Source: Takakia lepidozioides
Taxonomy: Eukaryota > Plantae > Bryophyta
Length of the DNA: 64,000 nt
Assembly: GCA_030704615.1 (NCBI GenBank)
Contig: CM060732.1
Coordinates: forward strand, 51,398,001-51,462,000
Direction: 5' to 3'
Position 1 is the first letter of the stretch. The number at the start of each line of letters is the position of its first letter. The position numbers and the translations under genes were made by a program. Under the pieces are notes generated by a model, which ran no database searches, was not told where the DNA came from, and worked only from the letters and a program-made list of their open reading frames with translations. Shown one piece after another: positions 1 through 10,799 of the stretch.

Positions 1-299
1 TGCAATGGCCTCTACCTTTAGTCTGCTGTACCACCAATCCTCCAGGATATTCATGTGACCCAGATACTCAATCTGGTTGTGGAAAAACTTGCACTTCCTG
101 GAATGCAACTTCAATCCGTGCGCTCTCAAGCGCTCCAATACCACCTGAAGGTGTCTCTCAGGCTCCTCCACGTAACACTAAGATGATGATGTCATCTATG
201 ATAGAACCGAGCAAAGTCCACCCCTGCTAGAATATATCATGACTCTCGAAACTCTGCAGGAGCATTCTTAAGCCCAAATGGTAAGAACCGCCACTGATA
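1..299 (-). pseudogene. Inverted fragment of the RT domain of the DNMT-Gypsy family
   Basis: Reverse complement matches ~11270-11575 ([17 protein letters not shown]...IDDIII...HGLKLHPGKCKFF region); joins the + strand RNase H sequence at ~300. Confidence 0.85.
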
Positions 300-2210
300 T
301 CTTTACGGCAATCTTTTCACCCTTGTCACATATCACCAGCCACTCAAGTGGTTGATGGAGTCAGACAGCTTACGGGAAAGCTTGCACGGTGGGCACTCAT
401 ACTAAAGGAGTATGACTTTCAAGTTTGCATCGACCAGGTTTGGTCAATCGGGATGCGGATGGATTGAGTCGCAATCCATGCATGAGCCAGCAGGATGACA
501 CTGGAGCTCGGTGGCATGGTGAGTGACGTACGAGGAGCGGAGATGGTGTCGGGATGGCACGCATCTGCATTTTTTGTGTATCTTGCATCGGAGGCCAAGG
601 TTGGACCTACAAACAGGGATGACTGTAGACGGAGTGTTGAGGACCCTGAGGCTAGTGATGAGCCAGGTGGTGCCAGAGATATACATAAGGATTCGGCTGT
701 GTTGGACTACCTCCGCACGGGAGACACGGCAGCCACTGTGACTGCCAGGGAGAGGGATCGGATCCTGCAACGAGCCAAGAGGTTCAATTGGGAGGGGACA
801 CCTACTTCGAGTGTGGGAGGATGGTCGGGGTGAGGATTGTGCATCACCCCACACAGCGTGCACGGTTTGTGCGGCATGCCCATGAGAGAGTTTGGGGCAT
901 TTGGAGTGCGACACACTCACAGTTATGCAGGCGGGGCAGTATTGTGTGGCGTTGGTATGCATACAGAGTGTGCTGTTGCAACAGTTCGTGGCTAGGTGCA
1001 TGGGGTGTGACAGGGTGCGTGCTTCATTCAACCGCCTTACACCACAGTGCATCCTTACCACTCATGGGATTGGGCTACAGGTGGAGTCTTGACTTCGCAG
1101 GACCGTGGCCACTGACTATGCGCCAACACAGATATGTGTTGGGATGGTGGAGGCATTCTCCAAAGGATTGAGTTGGTTCCATGCCTGATAAGGCTAGTGA
1201 GGGTAGCTACGTATGCATTCTTGGATTGTGTGCTTAGCCGATTTGGTGGTGCTACAGCTGAAGTAGTAAGCACGGACAAGGAAGAGTTCTTGGGGGAGCT
1301 GAGGGGGGAAGGGGAGGGAGCTCAGGCTTTGTGGGAACAAGGCCTTTGATAGAAAGGGAGCTCAGGCTTTGTGGGAACAAGGCCTTTGATAGAACGCACC
1401 ATACTTTCTTCTCTTTGGCCGAGAGCCGGATTTGCCTACATCCATTCGCAGAGAAGCTGCTCAAGTCCTAAACCTTGATGATCCGGACGTGTGGGTACGT
1501 GCATGTGATCAGCGTGCAGAGTTGTTCAAGAAAGTCATGCCCATGGCTTTTGAGAACCTTGCAATTGCCCAGCACCGTGATACGTTGAGGTAGCCACTAT
1601 ACGTGGTGGAGGATATCGTCCTTGTTCGGAGGTTTAGCCCTGGTGACTATGTTTATTTGCAGTAGACTGCTCCTACGACTCTGGATGTTACTGCAGGGCG
1701 TGTATTCTGAGGGTTCAGAGGTGTTGCCCTCAGGAGTCCTGATCTTGGAGGGTCGGGATGGCATGACTTGGAAAGACCATGTGCGTAATTGTGCGCCATG
1801 TCACCTTCCCATTGTCGATGGCAGAGTTGACCCAAACTTGGCAGTGGTACCTGCAGGTTTGAGGTGCATGCTCTGTGGGTCTGCCAAAGAGGCAGCCACC
1901 ATGCTGGTGTGTGATCGATGCTCAAGGGGTTGGCATATGGGATGCTTGACACCACCTCTTGAGAAGGTTCTTGACGGAGATTGGTTTGTGTCCACACTGC
2001 TTGGGATAGTGGCAGTGGACATGACTGGAGGCAGCTAACAAGACATGGGAGGCCAAGCTCATAGGAGTCAATACATGAGATCCCAAGCTCAAGTTCACAG
2101 GTTGCAAGACGGCGACTAACGATGGGGCAACTCTTGCACCCGGCCTCTTGATCTATCGAGTTTGAGTGTAGTAGGGATAGTGGTGGAGGACTTAGTGAGG
2201 CTATGGTCAC
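300..2210 (+). mobile_element. DNMT-Gypsy family copy 1, fragment: RNase H end, integrase, PHD finger, start of 3' UTR
   Basis: Homologous to ~19980-21998. Integrase motifs (GLGYRWSLDFAGP) and PHD CMLCGSAKEAATMLVCDRCSRGWHMGCLTPPL at 1865-2000. 40-bp tandem duplication (1315-1394) next to an internal deletion. Similarity stops abruptly at 2210. Confidence 0.93.
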
Positions 2211-2870
2211 GACATGGATGTGCAGACATTGGTGTTTGAGACATATTGTTTTGTGAAGAGAGGGTCTACGTTCAAATGCCGCAACGACAGTCGTCTTGTT
2301 GATGCCGTTGTGGACCTTGTAACCTACGATGTCCTCTACAACTATGTGCCTCACTCCATATAATTGCCAAAGGACACAAAGACAGGCAAACCGTGGCGGT
2401 ACACGCCGGACCTGGAGCCTTGCTTTCATCCAAAACCCTCATGGACGTGCTCGATGTCAAGGCGGATTCTTGACCTCACATGTGGCACGGGTAAGCCTTC
2501 ATGTTTGTCCCCTGGCCCGATTGCAATTGCATGCCGCATGCTACTAACCGCCCGCTTTGTCCCTCAGGTGTCAATGTGGGCAGGGACGTTGTCCGACAGG
2601 CATGTCTTCGCCTTCGAGCCAGATACTGCCCTCCACCACTCCGAACTTGCAGCGGCTGAATATCTGCCAAAAGAGGAAGAGGCATCCTCGGAGGATGAGG
2701 AAGAATCCGACAAGGAGCAGGGGGAGGTACAAGTTGGGATCGAGGCCGAGGAGCCCCCGGTTTACGAGTGAGTGGTCGCATTATAAGTTGCCTCCTGATT
2801 TCGTGAGGCACCTCCCTTCGCTCTCTTATTTCATTGAAAGACCTTTTTTTGCTTCTGCTGGTATTGACAT
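2211..2870 (+). pseudogene. SAM-dependent methyltransferase-like gene fragment (N4/N6 DNA-methylase-like motif), 5' part; interrupted by the retroelement at 2871
   Basis: Translation ...KPWRYTPDLEPCF...ILDLTCGTG [intron GTAAG...CCCTCAG] VSMWAGTLSDRHVFAFEPD resembles the VLDPFxGSGTTxxAAxxLGRxxIGxE SAM-binding block. A further donor GTGAGT at ~2768 opens an intron that resumes after 14588. Frameshifts and a stop are present. Confidence 0.5.
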
Positions 2871-3226
2871 TGTCAAGTTAAATAAGCACAGTGCGAAAAC
2901 AACTAGAATAAAGCTAGTTATTTGTATTTAACACTTGGATTTAGGTCAGTATTTAAATCAGGTTGTCAAGTTTAGTTTGACACCTGAACCGTCTTATCTT
3001 CACGAGAGCGGCAGTCGCGCAGCTCATCTCTCTCGAGTTGAGCCTGCGCGACCGAGCTCCTTCATGCGTTTAGAAGCTGAGTGTGCTTATGATGGGAGGA
3101 TAGGTTGTTGTGGGGTGGAGTCCCCATAGCTTGGGGTGCCCCTTGCTCGACTTCTATTTTAAAGAGTGATGTTGTTGGATTCATGTTGTTTCTTGTGTGA
3201 ACAGTGTGTTTCTAGTTTTCTTATCA
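2871..3226 (+). repeat. Terminal repeat A1 of copy 2
   Basis: Near-identical to 14147-14497 and 48669-49020; TGTC...TATCA; contains a series of hairpins. Confidence 0.95.
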
Positions 3227-3243
3227 CTCGAGATAGATGAGCT
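3227..3243 (+). promoter_or_regulatory. Primer-binding-site position, complementary to the element's own A repeat (putative self-priming)
   Basis: 3226-3243 ACTCGAGATAGATGAGCT is a 17/18 reverse complement of 3021-3038; it does not begin with the TGG expected of a tRNA PBS. Confidence 0.75.
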
Positions 3244-3649
3244 CTCTATCTAGTTTTCCAGTGCTAAGCTAGATATGATGTTTTTGTTTTTAAGCACTAT
3301 TATAATATAGATGGTCATGGTCTTGTACTCAGCTCAGCAATGAGCATAGAATGGCTCTAGCCTGAGTTCGTCTCACATCCTCAGTCGCAATGGTGGGACA
3401 CTGATAAGGGGGCCGCCTTCCAATCGCCCCGTGGTGTGTCAGAGGCAAGGAGGCCATACCCCCCCCCCCGAGGCGTAGCACTTTCATTGCTGTGAAGCTG
3501 GAGGTAGTGATGCGGAGCTGAGGAGGTGAAGTGGGTGTGGAGCTGGGCGCTCTTCCAAGCCACGGTTTTGCCGTCCGTCCGGACTACAGGGGGATCGAAG
3601 AAAGGCTGCGCTGCTGACTGCTTGGCTGGATGAGAGCCGTGCACCGCCG

Positions 3650-4530
3650 TAGGCAGGGAAGGCAGCGGTGCTTCTGGTGACGGACGCTGCGGCGCTCCCA
3701 GCCACATTTGTTTTGTGGGCTGTGCAGACCTTTGAAGAGAAATCCGCCAGTGGCAAGGGATTGGCAGTGATCACCAACGTCTCACAGCTTGGTGGCAAGG
3801 TTGTGGCAGAGGCGTCATCTGTGGACGTAATAATTTCTCTAGTTGAAACGCCCGGCCACCACACTGCAGCTTGGCTTCATGAGGCAGAACGGATCCTTAG
3901 ACCAGGCGGCCTGCTCTGGGTGTAGGAGCCCCTAGCACGTCGAGATGTAGCTTCAGATGAGCGTCAAGGCTTGGTTGCTGCTACTGTGCAGACACAAGCA
4001 GCGTTGGAGCGTGGTCTTTTGCCCGGCAATTTTTGTTGGTTCGAAAGTGGTTGAGTGCTGGAGGTGTTGGGTTGGGAGTCATGTAGCGGCATCACTTCTG
4101 TTTCTGTGGGATCCAGTCAAGGTCCACTCCTCAAACCTGTTGCGGTGAGCGGGCAGAAGTCTGCATGGGAAACAGGATCTTCTTTCGTTATCAAGAAGAA
4201 GGCAGCTGTTTGAGCAAGGTCTGGCAACTGGTAGCTCGTTTTCTTCAGAGGCTGTTGTGCAGACCAATGGAGCCACTGTGAGACTGTCATCACGAGATGT
4301 TACAGACATTGTTCTTCCTTTTTCCAACTCCTGGAAGGTGGCCCCTGTGGACGACGACGTGGATGAGCTTGTTGACGAGGATGCACTGCTTACTGAAGAT
4401 GACCTCAAGCCACCTGAATTACCTATTGCAGATGACTGTGAAGTAAGAAAGGCTGGAAAAAAAAAAAAAAACGTGCAAGAATTGCTCATTTGTCGTGCTG
4501 AGATTGAAGAGAAGGATGACAATTTTGGCA
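3650..4530 (+). pseudogene. DRE2: Anamorsin/DRE2 (CIAPIN1) processed pseudogene captured inside the retroelement
   Basis: N-terminal methyltransferase-like part (SSVDVIIS...WLHEAERILRPGG), linker KSAWETGSSFVIKKK, acidic DELVDEDALLTEDDLKPP, and first Fe-S motif DDCEV...CKNC...RAEIEE. No introns apparent; stops and frameshifts present; second Cys motif absent. Confidence 0.88.
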
Positions 4531-5298
4531 TTAATGGGTTGTCATCTGAAACTGCCGGTTCCTTGAAGACAGAAGGGGCCCAGCTCACTACACGCCTGCT
4601 CGGTCTATGTTTACAATCCAAACTTTAGGTCAGCTGTGCCACTCCATGTAAAGGCTTATACAATCAGTAATAGCAGATCTGTTGTTTCCACATTGAAAAA
4701 ATCGCGTGCATGAGGGCATTGAAAAAATCGCGTGCATGAGGGCTTTCCGGGTTGCATTGTAAGTGCCTGCTTTTGTTGGGAATATTGGTGCAAAGGATTA
4801 AAGCTCGGCATAGCTACGGATCTCGACTGGAGGAGAGCAGGTCACTGGTAACCAAGAGCTGTGGGGGGTGCATTTGTAAACACAACTGAAATCCTAGGAA
4901 TTATAGGGCACGTGGCCAGGGAACCTAGGAAACCATATAGAACTTAGGGAACCGGGAACCAGTTACCAGATATTTTGGGTGTAACTTTAAATTTTTAAAT
5001 TTGAAAACCTTTTAAAAGAAAAAGAAAAAGAAAAAGAAAAGGCCCTTTTGATCTAATTGAAATGATTTAAAGCCAAATTGGTCATATCTTTGTCAAATGG
5101 ACTCTGTTTGACACAGTTTTTGAGGGGATAGTTGTAGAAAGGGGAAATCTACCTATCTAGACTTGGATTTGTTTTTGGGACTTTGCTAAAAATCTATGGA
5201 ATTTTTAGAGTGTGAGTGTGCCATGAAAGATCCACAATTCTGTTTCTAGAACCTGTTCTGGTCTATATGAGAGACCAATCTGTGGATGTCCTCCTTGT

Positions 5299-6030
5299 AT
5301 GGCTGGGGGAAATGAGGACGTAATTGAAGGGCAGGTCTCGTCTCTTAGCCTGTGCACACAAGGGGACAGGATTTATGTTTCCAAAGGAACTCAGACTGAT
5401 TTGAGTGGAGAACAGTTGGACGAGTTGATTGCATACTGGGAGTCAGGCATTAGCAGTAGACAATAAACTGCTGTAGTTGGCGTTGAGGGCCTCAATGTTG
5501 CTTTGGACAGTCAGAACTCTGTTGGAGCCAGTAGTTCTGCAGCTGTAAGTGAAATACCAAAGTGGGTGAAAGCTAGGCTTGGAACACAGCCAAAGATAGC
5601 CCCGGGGACCAAGGTGTTCAGCCACAAGGCTGTGGTATACTGGAGCAGAGGAGCAGGAGCTACACAAGTTTGTGCAATCAGACATGGTTGCAGCCGGACA
5701 CACTCTGCACAAGGCAACCATGAGCGGGGGTTCATTAGCAATGACAAGTTTGTTTTGCTTGAGGAGATGCAGTCATTCGCAATGAGGACACCCGCAACCG
5801 TCTCAAAGCTTTCGAGTTGAGAGACTATCAGACCCTACCTTTGTTTTCTTTAGTGTTCAGTGAGCGGGAGATAGGGGAGTATTGCTTTTTTCCTACCTGG
5901 CAGAAAGAGGAGGAGGGTTGGTTAGAGCGAGCTACTGTAGCTTGGGACAAGGTTATAGATATACCTCCTACACCTTACCATCATGCAGAGCGAGACACTT
6001 TGAGAGAAGTCTGGCAGTTGATAGCAAGAT
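5299..6030 (+). pseudogene. Extra ORF upstream of gag (ORF0) of the DNMT-Gypsy family, disrupted copy
   Basis: Collinear with the intact 249-aa ORF at 51096-51845; one stop and a frameshift here. Confidence 0.75.
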
Positions 6031-6536
6031 CAGGATTAGATCTGCTTGTCGGGCTTCTATTCTTCCCCCTCCATCTCTGTACTATTCATTACTTGTACTT
6101 GTAGTTGCCAAAGCCTCTCTTGGTGGAGGGCCAGTCAGTCCGGGGTTTTGGGCTCGGATTTCTGCAGGTTAGCACTGCAGATGGATTTTGGTGTGGGGTG
6201 TTGATGTTTTGATTCTTGTGTTTGGATCCCCCCACAACCTGCATTGCTTGACTGTGCGCCATGTTGGTTTGTGTGGGCGCTTTGCTTTCATAGGGATAGG
6301 CCGGATTTGATCACCGGTCAATCCTAGAGTATGGTTGGTGGTGAGGCTGGAGTGATGACCAGCAAGACCACCAGTGTTTCTTCTATGGTGAGACTGGGGT
6401 GATGACCAGCCAACCATAGGAGTTCTTGCGGTGGATGCAGGTGCAGGTGCCCTGAGCCACTGGGATTGACCCTTAAATGCAACAGGTGCCCACCCGTGTC
6501 ACTATTAGAATTAGTAATAGAGCCTTATAGTGTCAC

Positions 6537-8067
6537 GTGGGGGAGGTGCACATTGTGAGTGTCATCACGGAGTTACCCAAGGGTTCTGAGGGGAGTACGG
6601 CTACAGGCAGTAGCAGTGAGAGTGGGTTCACCAGACGAGGTGTTCGTTCAGACCACCTTCACCTCCACCCTCAACTAGTGCAGAGTCAGACACAGACTCG
6701 GAGGCTTCATCAACAGGTGTGCAGTTTCATTTCGCCATTGTTGTGGACGACATGGAGGAGATGTATGGATTACCAAGGGGCCTCATAGGTACTCTGGAGC
6801 TGTGGGCAAATCGAGTTGGATGACTTTATCCAGGAGTTTGAAAGGCTGGTGTGATTTGCAGCAGATGCGCAATCCACAGCTATTTACCCCATTCATGGCG
6901 TGGAAGGGACTGTTCAGCATTGGAAAGCCCGCCTATGGACGATTACACGAGTTCAGGCGAGGACATGAAGCAGAGATTGAGGAGTGGAGGATGTATTGGT
7001 CACCTGACTACGTCTCCATTACTCGAGGCACGACGTGACCAGTAGCTGCATCAGTACCAATATCTCCCACTGCCAGCACTAGTAGTGGAACCTAGTAGTG
7101 CCGGTACTTCTGCAGGTGGTACCAGTTCAAAAGGTGTACTACTCCTCCTGCCACGACTAAACACATGTGCCTAGATTCAACCCGGTGGTGGAGTTCTTCC
7201 AGGATTCGGAGGAACTACCAAGGTGTAGGACAGAGAAGCTGCGAAGTTTGCAAGACTTCCAGCGCAAATCCAGTGAGAGCTTGCGAGAGGCCTACACTCG
7301 TATGAGGCGCTTGATAAGTGTGACCCAAGGGGTTACTGAAGCTCAGGCAATCCAGTTCTGGTATGGAATTTTGGACAAGGAGCTCAGGAGAAGGGTGCGG
7401 GATGCAACCCTGTTACAAGCAGCCCAACCCACATTAGCAGATGTGTTTTCTGCTGGCTGAGCGGATTGAGCTCAACATGGTGGAGGAGCGAGTTGTTACC
7501 ATTGGATTTGGCAAGGACATGCCGCACGAGGCGTAGCTGCCAGCCACAGGCACAAGGGACTGCCCAACAGCATGGTCAGGGGGGCAAAGTTTCCCAACCC
7601 AAGTTCCATGGAGCTTACAAGGGACCTCAGGTGCAGAGGCCCGTGGCATCTTTTGCAGGCCAACAGCAACCAGGGGTGATATGTTGGACATGGAGGACCC
7701 CATGTCAAGAGAGATTGCCCAGAGAGTGGCAAAAGGCCGGCACAAACACAGCCTGCACAGTTGCAGTGTGGGCATTATGGCAAGTATGGGCATGGACATG
7801 CCCAGTGTTATGACTTGCATCCTGAGTTGCGGCCCAGGCCAGTTCCAAGGGAACAATGGTGGCCGGGGGCGAGGTGGACCAGCAGAGAGGACGAGGTTCG
7901 GCACGAGGTCCAGGCAAGGGCAAGCTCAACATGGCCAAGGACGCGGAGGTCAGGGTGTTGACCAAGGCATGGCCAACTGGCTTCAGCAGCTAGAGCAGAG
8001 GCTCGCTGCCATGGCTACAGCTCAGGCATACCGGCTCCCAGGCGGGATGGTCACCTCCTGCTCCTGA
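6537..8067 (+). pseudogene. gag: Gag (retrotransposon gag-like helical domain plus zinc knuckle), frameshifted
   Basis: LQDFQRKSSESLREAYTRMRRL...AIQFWYGILDKELRRRV (Retrotrans_gag-like); knuckle CGHYGKYGHGHAQC at ~7765-7810. Confidence 0.8.
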
Positions 8068-8657
8068 GGGAGGAGATATGGGAGGCATGGATTCATGCGG
8101 AGCAGCGCTACCACTAGAGGAAGTAGAGTCTGCTGCAGCCGTGACTCGAGGAGCATCACGAGTTCCTGAGCCATGAGGTGCAGAGGTGGAATTGGATCCA
8201 CAGCGTGGGGAGGCAAGCCGTCAGGCAAGGCTTTCTCAGTCATTCACATTGGCGGAGACAGTGTCGACGCCATCCATGGCACCTAGTTCTTGCCCGACTG
8301 TTACCGAGGCGGAGGTTACTATGCCATGGGGGAGCTACACGGGTAGCACCACTACCTAGTGTTGCCAAGGCTACGGCAGCTAATGTGCTGCTAGGAGCAG
8401 CCACATCTGTGTGCCAGGCTCCATTGTTCTCGGCAACCATGATTGCGACGCCGGTGGGTAAGACAGCTGCAGTGTTCAGACTAGCAGCAACATTCTGTGA
8501 GAGTGGGGAGGTCACTTCATCTTCTGCGGAGTTAGTGGAAGGTGTAGTGGCAGAGGGATCCTCGGATTTGAGGGTCAAGACTGCCACGGCTGCGCCATGA
8601 CAAGCTGTAGCTGCCAGGCTGACGGAGCTGCCAGCTAGGCCAGCCTTTGAGCGCGCC

Positions 8658-9120
8658 ATGGTGACACCTGGAGTTGTCTTGTTAGACAACCAGGTGGCAT
8701 TTTCTCATTTGAGTGGACCGGCAGGCAAGAAGTATCGGCCACTTCGGGTCTTGTTGGACTCGGGAGCTCAGCCACTGATGCTGGGCAGAGCTGCTATTGC
8801 AGGTTTGGGCCTCATTGAGGTGGATATGGAGCCTTGTCCTTTCCAGATACAGACATCTCTGGGAGGATCAGAGCAGGCTCGGGGCATGACATGGCGTGAG
8901 TTGGCATTAGATTGCAGCCGGATCATCCTAGAGATGGCTCAGTGATGCGAGCCAAGGCCATTGTGACAGACGTGGTCTCTTACGATGTCCTGTTGGTGGG
9001 GCAGGTTATACCCCATGGGCTTCACCGTGGACTTTTGGGAGGAGTTAGCATCCTACAGGCCTGGATGGCAGTCAGGGGATGGTCGTGGCACAGCTCCATG
9101 TGACATTCATTGGGGGTATT
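8658..9120 (+). pseudogene. Retroviral-type aspartic protease domain
   Basis: VLLDSGAQPLMLG active-site motif and downstream YDVLLVG. Confidence 0.85.
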
Positions 9121-9441
9121 GCGGCTGCCAGCGGGGCAAGATGCCAACATAGCCACCTTACAACTGCAGTTAGTTGCCTAGAGAGTTGCTGAAAGGCAAT
9201 GCCATGCAGAGGATGTGCCACTCCAGCAGAGCAGGATGACATGCATGGTATGGTGGAGTTGCCTGCCATGGTTGCTCACATCCATTGTGGGGGTCGAGCA
9301 AGGATTTGCAGCAGGCTGCTGATGGAGGGTGCAAAAGCTGGGTAGAGGCCTTCGTACCGTCAGGAGAAGAGGAGAGTGCGGTGATTGCACCAGTACCACC
9401 TCAGTTGTCGCCATTGGACACACACTCTTGTGTGGCAGTGC

Positions 9442-10400
9442 CCGGATGAAGGCATATGCCTTCTGGACTTGTTTGGCGGGATCAGCACTGGATTGGCTGC
9501 AGTGCTGCAGGCAGGTGTACAAGTTTGACGTTACCTGTATGTGAAGAGGGATGAGACAACACGATGCGTCTCACTGCGCCATGTTGCTCAGTTGGTACAG
9601 CAGTACCCTGTTTTGTTGCCAGTGTCTACAATTCGTGGATACCAACAAGCCTTGCTAACAGACATTTCGTTGTTGGGGCGGCAGGATTTGGAGCAGGTTT
9701 GCTCCATTGATCTGGTGGTGGTAGGTTGGTCCTGCCAAGGGCATTCATCAGCCGGGCATGGCAATGGATTGCGAGACTCGAGGATGGGTCTGTTTTGGGA
9801 GATGGTGCGGGTTTTGCGCCACTTGCAGCTTTATCAAGCTATATCTTCAGCATACATCTTGGAGAATGTGCTAGGGTGATGGCCAGTGTGCATCAAGTCC
9901 GGTCGTGGCTTGGGTCAGCAGTGTTGCTGGATGCAGCTGCAATGGGGTCACGGGATCATCGTCCACGACTATGGTGGACTAACTTGATGCCACCCGCACT
10001 GCTCAAGCGTGCATTTGATGGGGTGCAGCGGCCAACACACCTCATAGTGGACAGCATTTTGGACACAGGGAGGCAGTCTCAACGTATGAGACACGATGAC
10101 CGTTCGCTTTGGCAGTGGTCAAAGGGTGGGTCAACCACGAGCAACATTACCTACACTGCTAGCTTCCGGGATCTCATGCTTCCGGGATGGTGGACCTGGC
10201 CTCTTGTGGGATAGCCAGTTGCAACAATTAGTGGAACCCAATGCTGACGAGCGCGAGCGGGCGATGGGTTTTACCACTGGTACCACGGCGGTGCCATCTC
10301 TTTCTGAGGCATCACGTCATCAGGTGTTGGGGCAAGTAATGGATCTCAATTGCTTGACCTGGATTATCAGCTTGACTATGGCTGAGCAACGCAGAGTACG
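9442..10400 (+). pseudogene. DNMT3-like C5 cytosine DNA methyltransferase domain within pol (copy 2)
   Basis: Ordered motifs: I LDLFGGISTG, IV GWSCQG (Pro changed to Ser), VI YILENV, VIII HRPRLWWTN, IX ERERAMGF, X RHQVLGQVMDL. Disrupted by stops and frameshifts. Confidence 0.92.
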
Positions 10401-10799
10401 GAGTACACTCCCCTTCAATGGTCTCTTCTGCCTACCGAGACGGTACAGGCAGCGAGTGGGGTGCGAGCAGGGTGAGGACCACGAGGTGCAGGCCGCATCC
10501 ATGGCACACGTGGGAGGTGCTCGAGTTCAGAAGGAGTTGGCAGCCAAGGCGGCGGTGATGGATCAGGTTGGGGATTTTCTCGGGTTGAGGAGGTCCTCAA
10601 GGATGGGATGATGGGGCAGGATGAGACAGTGTTCACTGACAGAGGAGGAGTGGTCACTGCTCAAGAGGTTGCAGCATAGCAACCACGGGACGCGTCTTCA
10701 CCTCTAAGCCTGTGGACTCAAGGTTGCAGTCACGGAGGACAACTGGGAGCTGATGTGGACCTATAGTCACCGGAGGGAAAGACGACGTATACGGCGGTT

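Noticed and set aside
444-2429. Long minus-strand ORFs (205 aa, 258 aa) over pol
   Set aside because: Shadow frames of the integrase region with no recognisable motifs and not conserved as open frames in sister copies.
2871-3226. Hammerhead ribozyme in repeat A
   Set aside because: No CTGATGA...GAAA core found in the right arrangement by eye; other ribozyme classes were not excluded.
9442-10400. Bacterial restriction-modification methylase or contamination
   Set aside because: The domain lies within a retrotransposon polyprotein in two copies; no restriction enzyme or operon context.
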